Below are positions 13,401 through 26,139 of a stretch of 64,000 nucleotides of DNA, one piece after another. The DNA comes from Torpedo marmorata. Lineage: Eukaryota. The notes below the pieces were generated by a model that saw only the letters and a list, made by a program, of their open reading frames with translations, was not told the DNA's origin and made no database searches. The position numbers and the translations under genes are program-made. The stretch covers positions 187,178,001-187,242,000 of the forward strand of contig OZ360223.1 of assembly GCA_977017645.1 (NCBI GenBank). The letters are read 5' to 3'. Numbering within the stretch: position 1 is the first letter of the stretch; every line of letters starts with the position of its first letter.

Positions 13401-13466
13401 GCTTTTGAGGAGTACGAGTTGATTAGGCCACCTTCTCCGTGGTGTAGTGAAAATTGTAGCCACCAG
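13401..13466 (+). CDS. Candidate alternative (cassette) PATJ exon in the PDZ4-PDZ5 linker
   Basis: ttcctatttttag acceptor and CAG|GTAAAT donor; 66 nt, phase 0-0, open in the PATJ frame (AFEEYELIRPPSPWCSENCSHQ). No homology recognised. Confidence 0.4.
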
Positions 13467-14109
13467 GTAAATTTAACTTTTGAAATGAGAATCAAATGAG
13501 TTGTGTATGTGTGCGTGGGCATATCACATTGTCTTTCATTCCTCCCATATTTTGCCCTTGTCCATAGGATTTCCATGTCAAACTTAATTATAAGATTCAT
13601 AAGAGTAGTTCAATAGGGCTTGGCCTGTGCTCTTTTTATGATCTTGACACTACTGTGTAAGGAACAGTAGCTTTGCATCTTACCGATGGGCTACACCATT
13701 GAACTAATAAAATTTCTATTGTGGAATATAGTGCCATGAATTTTGACATCCTACGAATTATGTTTGATGTTTGAATGATGTGTAAAATATGCAGCATTAT
13801 TGCAGCCAAAAACACAGCTATTCTGAGCTTGGCTTTACATCAGTAGTGGAAAAAGTAGTGTTTAAATCAACATCAATTCCACCATGCTGATTTGTACAGA
13901 TGTGCATTTGATTTTGTTGTCAATGTGGCAAGCCCATGTGAAATAGATTTTGCAATTAAAATTCAGAGAATTAGCCAGCATATAAACAGACTGCCATTTT
14001 AATAACAGGTGCAGGAAATGGAGATAAAATATAAAGTATTGTGCTAAAATGGTTTGTAGTAGAATAAACATTGTTCATGTTTTCTCTAATGCTAATGCAA
14101 CTGACTTGG

Positions 14110-14550
14110 AAAAGGTTGTTACACCTCATGGAAATGGGCTCTTGGGTCCACCATGTCTGTGACTTCTATCAAACAACTTTGTATGTTAAGCCCATTTTCC
14201 AGCACAGTGCTGTTCAAGTGCTCATCTAAATACTTCATAAATATTTGCCTCCATCACCCCCTTAAGCAATGTGTTCCAGATTTCTACAACACTCTGGTTG
14301 GCAACATTCTTCAAATTTCTATATCTCCTTTCCATTATCTTACGTCTATGCCATCTGATTATAGACACCTGTTTCTCACTATTTACTAACTATGCTTCCT
14401 CGTAATTTGTATATATATTCAAGTCCCTCCTCAGCCTTCAGAAATCCAAACTAAACAAATACAACCTATCTAGTATGTCCACATAGCTGAAATGTTTCTT
14501 CTGGTGAATCTCCTCCTCATCCTCTCTAATGCAGTCACCATCTTGGAATC
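14110..14550 (-). mobile_element. CR1-type LINE 3' remnant
   Basis: Reverse complement resembles the CR1 3' region (LDRLYLFSL...); heavily decayed. Confidence 0.5.
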
Positions 14551-14605
14551 CTTTAAAATATTTCACTGACAAAACAGTTATTATGATTGCAGAGAAGTTG
14601 ATATA

Positions 14606-16172
14606 CAGTAAGTCCTCGAATAACGTCGTTTTGTTACCATGTTGATGAGAAAAAAAAATAGAATGCCACGCCACACTTTATGGTTTGGGTTTGAACTGAA
14701 TGCTGGTAGGTGCTGCCTCTTACAATTTTTGCTTTTCAAACATTTATTCCTTGATTTATCCCTGTTGCAATGAGTGCTAAACATGTAGAAGTGTTAAGGA
14801 GATTTGCATTGGTCAGCGAGCTGTGGATATTGGAAGAGCTCTCGATTGGTTTTCTTCGTATTTCTGCCCAGCTGTCAAAGAATATTGTCAAGCTAAGAAC
14901 ATTGAAAATAAAGCCTTGCATCTTCTGGACAATGCTCCAGGTCACCCACCTAACATGGATGATCTGACAGATAATGTTCAAGTAACTTATCTGCCTCCAA
15001 ACACAACCAGCTTGATTCAACCTGTGGATCAGGGGGTTATTGCTACCTTCAAAGCCTACTATTCATGGTGCACCTTTAAGCAATTAATTACGTTCTTAGA
15101 TGGTGAAACTAAGTCTACTGAAAGGGAATTTTGGCTTGGTTACCATATCATGAATGCGATTGACAATTTGACAGAGGCATGGCGGGAAGTGAAAACAACC
15201 ACAATGAATCTTTTGTGGCATAAAATCTATCCAGAATGCGTTGCAGACTTCCTGGGTTTTGAGGAGCAAATACAAAATGTTCATCAGGAGATTGCTGGGT
15301 TGGCACACCAGGTTGGATTTAATGAAATAAATGAAGAAGATGTAGTGGAGTTACTTGAATCACATGGTGAAGAATTATCTAATGAGCACCATGGAGATGG
15401 AACAGCAACATGCTGAGGAAGATGATGAAACTGAGGAAGCAGAAACACCACAAATTTTAACAACTAAAAATTTGTCTGAGGCTTTCCAGTTGTAAGATAA
15501 AGCTGTGGTTGTTTTCACTGAGAAAGATCCTCAAAGAGAGAGAAGTGCAGAAGAAAACAGGATGATAATGAATGGAAGTAAAACATGAAAGTGCAGGCAC
15601 CGTGGTTGAAGTAAAAACACAATGCTGGAGAAACTCAGCTGGTCAAACAGTGTACTTTATATAGCAAAGGTAAAGAAACATAACAACGTTTAGGGCTTGA
15701 GCCCTTCATCAAGGTATCAATCTTGTTGAAGGGGTCAAGCCTGAAATGTTCGTTATGTATTTTATCTTTGCTACATAAAGTACACTGTTTGACCTGCTGA
15801 GTTCCTCCAGCATTGTGTTTTTACTGATAATGAATGGATACAACTTTTACAAGGAATTATACAAACAAAAGAAAAAAAATGCACGACAACGGACCTTGGG
15901 CATGTTTTTTTTAAAACCCCAGCTAATCAAGAAGTTCGAGCAGTCACAACACCATGAGCATCAACACCACCTATCACTCCACCTCAACCTGAGGCAACAC
16001 CAGGTTCCTCAGGAATTTCTTGCAACACTCCCACCCTCACCTTCTGTGATGATGATGACCAAGCTGCTTCTCTGCCCTTCAGTGATGATGATCACTGCGG
16101 GATACCAGTAGCCTCCCTCCCCATACCAGCCACCACCACTACGACCGCCCTCACTCACTGATTCACCAAAAT
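14606..16172 (+). mobile_element. Tigger/pogo DNA transposon remnant (DDE_1 transposase pseudogene)
   Basis: TA followed by CAGTAAGTCCTCGAATAACG TIR-like start; ORF 14823-15416 has LLDNAPGHP and LPPNTTSLIQPVDQGVIATFKAYY; C-terminus YKELYKQKKK..RQRTL; right end runs into an N gap. Confidence 0.85.
15577..15824. mobile_element. Non-autonomous Penelope-derived fold-back mini-element with two inverted hammerhead-like motifs
   Basis: TSD tgataatgaatgga (15563-15576 / 15825-15838); ~105-bp inverted arms homologous to the Penelope termini at 52060-52170 and 55262-55370. Confidence 0.8.
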
Positions 16173-16379
16173 NNNNNNNNNNNNNNNNNNNNNNNNNNNN
16201 NNNNNNNNNNNNNNNNNNNNNNNNNNNNNNNNNNNNNNNNNNNNNNNNNNNNNNNNNNNNNNNNNNNNNNNNNNNNNNNNNNNNNNNNNNNNNNNNNNNN
16301 NNNNNNNNNNNNNNNNNNNNNNNNNNNNNNNNNNNNNNNNNNNNNNNNNNNNNNNNNNNNNNNNNNNNNNNNNNNNNNN
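16173..16379. other. Assembly gap (207 N)
   Basis: Run of N. Confidence 1.
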
Positions 16380-16459
16380 TTAAAGTAGCACTTTACAAGT
16401 ATCAATAATGTTAAGTGAGGACCTGAAAAATGTTTTACAAGTTAATTTATTTTCCAAAG

Positions 16460-16591
16460 GTGGATATGGAGACTGAGACAAATGCAGAAGAGGAGGAAAT
16501 TGGGGAGCTGGCTTTATGGACTTCAGAAGTGAAAATGATTGAGCTGGATAAAGGTTCTAAAGGTTTAGGTTTCAGCATCCTGGATTATCAG
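16460..16591 (+). CDS. PATJ: PATJ coding exon (linker plus PDZ5 GLGF loop)
   Basis: AG/GTATTT boundaries, 132 nt; [44 protein letters not shown]. Confidence 0.95.
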
Positions 16592-16679
16592 GTATTTTCC
16601 AATATGTACAATGTACACTTTTTAACAATGGATGTAACCTGCAGATTGTAACTTAAAAAAAAAAAGTTTTGGAATATTT

Positions 16680-17240
16680 TGAGCAAACAAAGAATTGCTG
16701 GAGGCACTCAGTAGGTCAAACGGCATTTGTGGGTAGAAATGGTTAGTCGACATTTTGAGTTGAAGCCCTTTATCAAGACTAAGATGGAATAGGTGAGATT
16801 ACATATAAAGGGGGAAAGAAGCTGGGGGAGGGACCCAGAAGTGATACAGTATTGTACGAAGGGCATGGGAGGTGGAGAGACTTGGTAGAGGGAGAAACCA
16901 TTCGGAAGGCAGTTGGGGGGAAGAAAAGTTAAACAGAAAGAGACAAAAGTAAGTACAGGAGGAAGGAAGGAAGAAACGGAAACAGTGGAATCAGATATGG
17001 GTAGGGGTTGTGTAAAAGTAGAAAAATCAGTTGTTCATGCTATCAGGTTTAAGGCTGTCCAGGAGGCTGTTGTTCCTCAAGCTTACACTTAGCCTTGCCC
17101 TGACAATGGATGAGGCCAAGGACTGACATGTCACTGTAGGAATGGTGGTGGGAGTTGAAATGGTTGGCTACAGGAAGCCCAAGTTTAGACCCACAACAAG
17201 AAAGTTGTTCGCTTAAGTGGTCATCCAATCTGCATATGTT
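16680..17240 (-). mobile_element. Penelope-like element 3' fragment (old)
   Basis: ORF 17049-17279 has LPVANHFNS...KLEEQ (GIY-YIG C-terminus); terminus tgctggaggcactcagtaggtc with a decayed hammerhead-like motif. Confidence 0.7.
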
Positions 17241-19910
17241 TGATTGAATAAAAACCCTTTTCCAAAGTAGTGAATACAATTTTGAAGGTTTTGATAACAG
17301 GATAATTTTACATATAAAAATGATTAAATCTGCTTGAGCATCAGCAACAATTTAGTAATAGCTGGTGAACAAGAAATAAACAGCCTCCATTTGGCTGCTC
17401 CCCTGCAAAGTCTCTTTGAGGGATGACTACCCTGAAGAAGTTCTCCTTCTCTCTCTACCCATTAAAAAGGGTTCAGACCTGAAACTCTGACTGCCCTTTA
17501 CTATCTATGGATGCTGCATGACCTGCTGAGTTTCTCCAGCAAGTTTGGTTTCACAATTTCAATTATTCCATCCGAAAAGCCAAATTGGAGCATCCTCATT
17601 TACCTGATTAATAACAGTCCTAACCACATTCTGTCATGAACAGTGCGAACAGCTAACACATTAATGGGAGGAGAACATGTCAAGACCATCAAACTTTAGT
17701 GATGGCAGAGTCCACCATGTACATCTGGACACAAAGCGGACGCACTTGCCACCATCTTCAGCCAGAAGTGCCACGTGTCCTGCAGACAATCTTGCCAATA
17801 CAAAACCTATTCTCAAGCCATTTCAGTTCACTCCACATGATTTCAAGAAGTGGCTGGAATACTAGATACAGAAAATGCTACGAGATCAGACAACATCCAG
17901 ACCATAGTTGAAGGCGTGTACCCCTGAACTGGCCAAGCTACAATGATCTGATTTAATGACTCAAGTGGTCATTTCACCTACATTCTTGCTTGAGTTTGGA
18001 TTAAATCTTGCTGCTTGGTATTAGATAAAACTGATTCGATATGAAAGATAATGGTTTCATCTGACATTTCTAATAATTCTAATTTGATTCTAACTTGTTA
18101 AGTTGTCCACAATTCCAGAATGTCAAGCATCAATAGTTTGATAAATATTAGGCCAAGATATTTTTTCCATCCTTGGGGAAAGATTTTGATTTTTCACATC
18201 TGCTTCCAGTTTATTTTTGAAAAAGAATAATTGCCAAGAAATTGAATTACATAAATACCATTTTTTGTGCTTTGTGATTCCATTTCAATTACAAAGGAAA
18301 ATTGAGCACCCTTTGCAAGTTCTGAGATGTCAGGGGTTCCTTCCAGGTTCTTTGTGTGCCTAAGGTGTTATTACACTGATGTGCTCAAGTCAAGTCAAGT
18401 CACCTTTATTTGTCGTTCATTACCATATACACAGTAAGACGAGATAGCGTTTCTCCAGGACCATGGGCAGATGTACATAAATATCATAATACAATAGAAA
18501 AACTATAACATGCTAATACACATATATATCTAGGAATTGAGGAGCCTGATGGCTTGGGGGAAAAAACTGTTGCACAGTCTGGACGTGCGAGCCCGAGTGC
18601 TTCGGTACCTCCTTCCAGGTGGCAAAGGGGAAAACAGTTTACCAAAGGGGTGTGATAAGTCCTTCACAATGTTTTTAGCCTTCCTCATGCATCGTGTGTT
18701 GTAAATGTCTGTCCTGGTGGGGAGAGAGACTCCAATAATTTTCTCCGCTGCCCTCACTATCCTCTGCAGGATCTTTCGGTCCGAGGTGGTACAGTTTCCA
18801 AACCAAGCGGTGATGCAATTGCTCAGAATACTCTCAATGCATCCCCTGTAGAATGTAGTAAGGATAGGGGGTGGGAGATGAACTTTCCTCAGTCTTCGCA
18901 GGAAGTAAAGACGCTGCTGGGCTTTCTTGATATGGAACTGGTGTTTAGGGACCAGCTGAGACTCTCCGCCAAGTGCACTCCAAGAAACTTGGTACTCTTT
19001 ACGACCTCAACGGTAGAGCCGTCCATGGTCAAAAGAGAATGATCCCCCGGGCCCTTCTGAAGTCAACAACCAACTCTTTTGTTTTGTTCACGTTCAGCTG
19101 CAGGTTGTTGTTTCCACACCATTCCATTAGTGACTGCACCTCATCTCTGTATGCTGACTCATCATTCTTACTGATAAGGCCCACCACGGTTGTATCATCA
19201 GCAAACTTTATGATGTGATTCGAGCTGTGTTTTGCTGCACAGTCATGAGTCAGCAGGGTGAACAGCAATGGACTAAGCACACAGCCCTGGGGAGCCCCCG
19301 TGCTCAATGTAATGACCTTGGAAGTGCTGTTTCCAATCCGGACTGCCTGAGGTCGTCCCGTCAGGAAGTCTAGGATCCAATTATAGAGGGTGTAGTTTAG
19401 GCCCAGCCCCGTCAACTTCCCTATCAGGTATGATCGTGTTTAATGCCGAGCTGAAGTCAATAAACAGCATTCGAACATACGTGTCCTTATTTTCCAGGTG
19501 GGTGAGGGCTAGGTGGAGGGTGGTAATGATGGCATCATCTGTGGAGCGATTTGATCTATATGCGAACTGCAGGGGGTCCAGTTAGGGGGGCAGCAGAAGC
19601 TTGATGTGCCTCATGATGAGCCTCTCGAAGCACTTCATGACGGTGGATGTGAGTGCGACAGGGCGGTAGTCATTGAGGCAGGACACCGTCAACTTCTTCG
19701 GCACGGGGATGATGGTAGCGGCTTTGAAGCACGTTGGTACCACGGCACTGGTCAGGGAGATGTTAAAGATGTCGGTGAGAACATCAACCAGCTGGGCCGC
19801 ACATCCCCTGAGCACTCTGCCAGGAATGTTATCTGGCCCAGCAGCTTTCCGCGGGTTAACCCCGCCTAACACTCTCCTCACGTCGGCCACTGTGAATCAC
19901 AGCACCTGTT

Positions 19911-21440
19911 AAAGTTGGCAAGGGTAGGTATAGAAAAATTTACTTGGAATTATGAAAAGGGTGGTTTACAACTTCCTAATTTTCAAAATTATTATAAAGC
20001 AGCTCAATTAAAATTTATTAATGAATTTTTTGATTTAACTAAATCTTCTGCTTGAATTAGAATAGAATTAAATAATATAGGAGAAGATTCTAAAGAAGAA
20101 GTTATTTATAAATGGGATTCTAAATTAATATCAACAAAAAGGAAAAATTCTCCTATTCTTAAACATCTGTTAGAAATTTGGAGTAAGACGGATAAAGAAA
20201 TAGGAGGAAAAGGAACGATTTCTCCTAAGATGCCTATATATCAAAATGAACTTATTCCATTTACTATTAATAATCAATTATTTAAAATTTGGTTTCAAAA
20301 AGGAATTAAGAAAATAAATGACTGTTTTGAAGCTGGGAAATTTATTACTTTTCAAAGAATGAAAGATAAATTCAATATATTGGATAATACACTTTTTGCT
20401 TATTATCAAATTAGAGCATTTTTGGTTGAGAATTTAGGTTATAGTTTGATTTTACCAAGACAGAATGAATTAGAATTATTAGTTACTAAAGGAGATGTAA
20501 ATAAATTTATTTCTCAAATGTATAGATTGTTTCAGAGAAAAGTTCCTAAAGTAGGAATTCATAAATCAAGATTAAAGTGGGAATTAGATTTGAATGTAAC
20601 AATAGATGAAAATCATTGGAAAGAATTATGCAAATTAAGTATGACAAAGATTATTAATGTTAGATATAGATTAGTACAATACAATTTTTTTCATCAATTA
20701 TATTTAACACCTAAAAAATTAAAGAAATTTAATCCGACATTATCAGGTTTATGTTTTAGATGTAATAAAGAGGAAGGTTCTTTCGTACACTCTACATGGT
20801 TTTGTTCAAAAGTTTATGATTTTTGGTTGAAAGTTAAAAAATTTTAGATAAAGTATTTAAGATTATATTTCCAATGGACCCTATGTTATTTTTATTTGGA
20901 GATATTAAAAAATTTAGTATTAAGATGAAATTAAATATGTATCAAATAGAATGTTTGCGAATTGCTTTAGCTGTTTCAAAGAAATGTATTGCTATTACTT
21001 GGAAATCTGATGTAGATTTAGGGTTAGAAAGATGGCATGCAGAACTTCGTTCATGTATACCACTTGAAAAAATTACTTACAATTTACGTAATAAGTATCA
21101 TTTCTTTTTAAAAAATTTGGAGCCCATATATGAAAGTTGTTGGTTTAAGAATTTGAAAATCTCTGGACATCGGATCTACTGGCGTACCTAACCTCCATAA
21201 TAGAATTAGTTTATAGATGTATTTTTAGATTGACATTCTCCTTATTCTATCTTTTTTCTATCTTTTTTATTTTTTTATTTTATTTTATTTTATTTTATTA
21301 GATTAGTAGGCAGGGGAGGGTTAGGGAGGTGGGGGTGGGAGGGGGGGGGTGAAAATATATCACAAGTATTTTGATAATTTTATAATTTTATCTTATGTAT
21401 TTTGTGGTTTAAAATTTTAAATAAAATATTTTAAAAAAAA
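19911..21440 (+). mobile_element. 5'-truncated L1 (family A) nested in Rex1
   Basis: TSD cacagcacctgtt (19898-19910 / 21441-21453); ORF2 C-terminal CFRC..H..C knuckle; poly-A tail. Confidence 0.92.
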
Positions 21441-21571
21441 CACAGCACCTGTTCATTTGGAGGAGGTGTTGTCTTCTTTGCCACTACATCATTTTTTGCC
21501 TCAAAACGCACATAGAAGTTGTTCAGTGCATCTGGGAGGGAGGCATCACCAGCACAGTCAGATGATGTAGT

Positions 21572-21826
21572 TTTAAAAAAAAATATTTTATTTAAAATTT
21601 TAAATCACAAAATACATAAGATAAAATATAAAATTATCAAAATACTTGTGATATATTTTCAACCCCCCTCCCACCCTCCCCTCCCTAACCCTCCCATCCC
21701 TACTAATCTAATAAAATAAAAATAAAAAGAAAGAAAAAGATAGAGTAAGGAGAATGTCAATCTAAAAATTAAATCTATAAACTAATTCTATTATGGAGGT
21801 TAGGTTCGCCAGTAGATCCGATGTCC
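21572..21826 (-). mobile_element. L1 (family A) 3' UTR-only insertion in Rex1, no TSD
   Basis: Reverse complement of about 21165-21440; flanks do not repeat. Confidence 0.85.
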
Positions 21827-22859
21827 TTGCTGTCCGGAAAGTGACTCTGAATTCGCTGGGCCTGTGCACGCTTTGCCTCCCTGATGGCCTTAGACAGCTT
21901 GGCTCTTACGATAGCTAGGGTCACCTTGTCACCCGCACTGAAGGCAGAGTTTCGGCTCCTCAGCAGCACACGCACCTCCGCAGTCATCCATGGCTTCTGA
22001 TTAGAGCGAGTAATGATGGTCTTGGGCACAGTGACTTCGTCAGTTCACTTACTAATGTAGCTAGTCACCAATGCTGTATACTCCTCCAGATTGATGCAGT
22101 CGCCATTGGTTGCTGCTTCCCTGAACATGTGCCAATCAGTGCGCTCAAAGCAGTCCTGAAGTGCATGGATGGCACCTGCTGGCCAGGTTTTAACCTGCTT
22201 CCGAACTGGTCTGGAGCGTCTGGCGAGCGGTCTGTATGCTGGGGTTAGCATTACTGAGATATGGTCTGAGTATCCGAGGTGGGGGCGGGGCTCTGCCCGA
22301 TACGCGCCGGAAATGTTCGTGAACACAAGATCCAACGCGTTCGCCCCTCTTGTAGCAAGGTCCACATACTGGTGAAATTTTGGTAGCCCTGTCTTGAGGT
22401 TCGCCTGGTTGAAGTCGACAGCGATAATCAGCAGTCCATCAGGGTGTGCGGTCTGCAGTTCGCCTATAGCCCCACACAGTTCCCAGATCGCCTCCTTGGC
22501 ATTAGCGCTGGGGGGGATGTACACTCCAACTATAAGGACCGTGGTAAATTCCCGCGGTAGGTAAAATGGTCTACATCTTACAGTCACAAATTCCACCAAC
22601 GCTGAGCAGTGACTGGAGACTAGTACAGAGTCCTTACACCATTCTGTGTTGATGTAAACACACAAGCCACCGCCACGGACTTTTCCACAGAGAGCAGCAT
22701 CTCTGTCAGCCCTAAATAAAGTGAGTCCATCCAGCTGAATGGCAGCGTCCGGGACTCTGTCGCTGAGCCACGTTTCCACAAAGACCAACACACAGCAGTC
22801 CCTATACTCACGTTGTGCAGACCTCTGGAGTCGGATGTCGTGTACTCATTGAAGTTCAG

Positions 22860-23725
22860 CTCTGGCTGACACTTCCATGAATTTGGACACATGGGTGGCC
22901 AGGGTTGCATCCAACGTATTGCTCTCCACAATTTCCACCACCTACATCGGGATCCTACTACTCGACATATCTTCACTTTTCCTCCTCTCTCCGCTTTCTG
23001 CAGGGATCTCTCTCCACAACTTCCTCGTCCACTTATCCCCTCCCCTCCCCTGGCACCTCCTCTTGCACTGGCACCTCCTTCGCCACCACCATTCTGGGCC
23101 CCAAACAGTCCTTCCAATTGAAGCAACACATCAACGGTGAATCTGTAGGGGTCACTTACTGCATCTGGTGTTCCCGGCAGCCTTCTCGGGTACTCTCAGG
23201 GGATGCAAATTGGGGGATCACTTTATTTGGCACCTTCGCTCTGTTTGCTGCAACAGCAAGGACCTCCCAGTGGCCAACAACTTCAATTCCATACCCCATT
23301 GTTGAGGCCGCTTGTAAATTGGTGGAAGAACACCTTATTTTCTATCTCTGCAGTCTCCAACCAGGTGGCATCAATGTAGACCTCCAATTTCTGTTCACCC
23401 TCTCCCTCAGTCTCCATTTTTTATACATCCCTCTGTCTACGTTCATACAGCTCGCCAGCCCCTTCCTTCTCCTATGAGCTATCTTTCTTCACCCTCTGCT
23501 CTCTCCCCTGTCTAGTCCTAGCTCTTTTCTCTTCCCCCTCCCACCTGAATCCACCTATCACCTGCTAGCCTGTGCTCCACCACCACCCCTTCCCCCCCCC
23601 CCCCCACCTTCATATTCGTATCTGCCTAATTTTTGGCATTCCTGAAGAAGGGCACAGGCCTGAAACTTCGACTGCCTTTGGCTTTCTTTTGGACCTGCTG
23701 AGTTTCTCCAGCACTTTTGTGTACT
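22860..23725 (+). mobile_element. Penelope-like element 3' fragment (old)
   Basis: HNFHHLHRDPTTRHIF and GVTYCIWCS (GIY-YIG) remnants; terminus cctgctgagtttctccagcac. Confidence 0.75.
23635..23676 (+). ncRNA. Minimal type I hammerhead ribozyme-like motif
   Basis: GGCAUUC-CUGAAGA-A-GGGC ACAG GCCU-GAAA-CUUC-GACUGCC: canonical CUGANGA and GAAA boxes, stem II, and a 6/7-bp stem I. Confidence 0.55.
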
Positions 23726-26139
23726 GAACAAGGGGTTGAAGTTGAGTTGGAAAGAAAAGGGTATGTGAGAGGAACTCAGTGGATGAAAAGGACAAAACAA
23801 GATAGCACAGAAAAATTGAATATAGAGTTATTTTTAAGGAAAAACAATGATTTTAGCTGACAAACCCAGTGAGTGGGCCAGATCTAGCACCATCCAGTCC
23901 ATTCTGAAATTGATAGCAATTTCTAACCAGAACATGCCTCTTGGCTCCATCTGCCTTTTGTTATGCTCTTCGTCTGCTTCCACCAATCACTTTCCCACCT
24001 CTTGTCTCTCAGTTCCATCCTTCCTGCTCCCTCAGGGTATCAAAGGTTGTGGGGAGAAGGCAAGGGAGTGGGGCTGAGTGGGAGAATGGATCAGCTCATG
24101 ATAGAATGGCAGAGTGGACGAGTTTTGACCTAAAATGCACCTAATAACTTTTTGTCTATAGTTTTATGTTTATGGGGTCTCTACTCATCTCTAAATGTCA
24201 GTGTCTTTTTACCATTTCTCAAACGTTTACTCATGATGTTATACCTGAATGGCAAACATTGAATTAAGGGAGGTATATGCAAATTTGGTGGTTTGTCTAA
24301 TCTGGTATGCTCATAAATGCTTAACTTTTTTTAGTTTTTGGAACATGACCATAGCGATGAAGCCAGCTGCACAATTTGATTAACGTTGCCTTATTCACTT
24401 TGTTTATTGAATTATTTTTGTGAAGTTCCAATTTATTTTAAACTGAAGGTTTAAATTGCTGTATTCAAATCTAATTTTTGGACCCTAATGTGTAATGTTC
24501 AACCATGAAGACATTTTTCACATTTACAGTCATGACAAATAAAATGAAAGTTATTTAAAATGAAGAAAAATAAATAAATTTGACAACATGACGAATCCTT
24601 AATTGTTACAATATCTAGGATTAGTGAATCAAAATTTACAAAATATTCTAATAAGTATAACATGATAAAGGGAAAAAAACTGAAAGAGAAGTGTTGATAA
24701 ATTTTAGGATAACATTATCAATATATGAACTAGTGAAGCTAGACATACACTTAGAATTAGAAACTAACCACCTATAGAAGTTACAATTTTGCTTTATTTT
24801 CATTTTAATCTTTGTTGAAAATCTGCCATCATTTTTTTTATTGAAGCTCCTGCAAATGTACTCATTAACTAAAGAAATTTGGAGTATTTTCACAATAATC
24901 TAACATAGTTTTGCACAAAAGATTGGAAGTATTAAGTTTCTGCAGCACTAACTGTTCAGTGTAGTAAGATATTTCCAATCAATTTTGCATTTATTTTTAC
25001 CACGGGATAAAGTTTTTTTTAATGATGATGAAATTTGCATGTAACTGCAAAATGAAATGCTGCTTTTCTGTAAACAGATATTTTCCCCAGGCTCTAGACT
25101 AGAGACTGAGATTGACACCAGCTGTTTAATGGAACATATGTACTTTCCTTTTTTATTTTCCAGCTGCAAGATAAAGTATTACATTACTAAAACAAATATT
25201 TAAAGAATATTTACAGACTTTATTCAGATACTTTTTAGAAACTTCTTCATATTTTTTTTCTATTAAGATTAAATAAAAGTTGTTTGACAAATAAAACTGC
25301 TATTATCAATTTTCTATAGTTTGTACACATTACTGACAATTTTTTGAACTTTCTAAAACATTCTGTTGAAAAAGCTGCAATTACAACAGACTACTTTGAT
25401 TTTTCAATTGTTTTACCTCGGGCTTTAAAGTCAGTAATTGGAGTTGTAATCAGTAATTGGTATGGGGTGGAATTTCCTGGATTGTACATAGAATGGTGCA
25501 ATTTCTTCATCATTCTTCACCTCAAAATTTTTCTTTGCAACACAAATTGCTGGAAATACAGGCTGATAATGGGACATCTGGAACTTTGTTAAAACATTGA
25601 TGGAAAGAAATTTTAACTGAGATTTAAGGAGGGAAATAGGATGTGCAATGAAGTTGGGTGCATTAAAAACAGTATGGGAAGTAAATTGGAAAGATCAGTC
25701 CGAAGAGAACAGATTGAGACAATCACAGAAGGGAAAAAAGAAAAATAACAAAATATAAGATTTCCGATCGCCAAGATTTTAGAAAACTAAGTATAATTGC
25801 TAACTGCTGGCTTGAGACTTTGCAGTTCCAATTGTTCTCAGTCTCAGCTGGAAAGATTGAGTGACATGCTCGGAGCATAAATCTTCTTTTTAAAGGGATT
25901 CATATGTTACTAAGTTTTACTTTGATACTTTTCTGAAATACTTTTTATTTGTTTTAGCAATATAAATGCAGTAGTTTCTTCAAACATTTAAGTTGCTGTT
26001 CTCAGAAGATTAACATAAAATTAGCAACAGAAATTATTCAGCATTTCCTGCAGATTAATACTTTTTTTCTTGTCATAAACTTTTGTCTTATACACATAAA
26101 TAACCATGTACACATTAATCATGCCTTGATTTTCCAGCA

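Larger units (their letters stand above)
18385..22850 (-). mobile_element. Rex1/Babar-type LINE (APE plus RT), interrupted by two L1 insertions
   Basis: (ttgac)n tail at 18385-18400; APE ORF 22045-22791 (FVETWL, LGYSDH); RT ORFs 19582-19890 and 19029-19415 ([21 protein letters not shown]). Confidence 0.9.

Noticed and set aside
14823-15416. Domesticated TIGD/CENP-B-like gene
   Set aside because: It is frameshifted, lacks the DNA-binding N-terminus, is interrupted by an insertion and keeps a TIR, so it is a transposon fossil.
25163-25175. Possible 12-nt microexon (LQDK) after a strong pyrimidine tract
   Set aside because: The donor AAA|GTATTA is weak, there is no upstream UGC microexon motif, and there is no other support.
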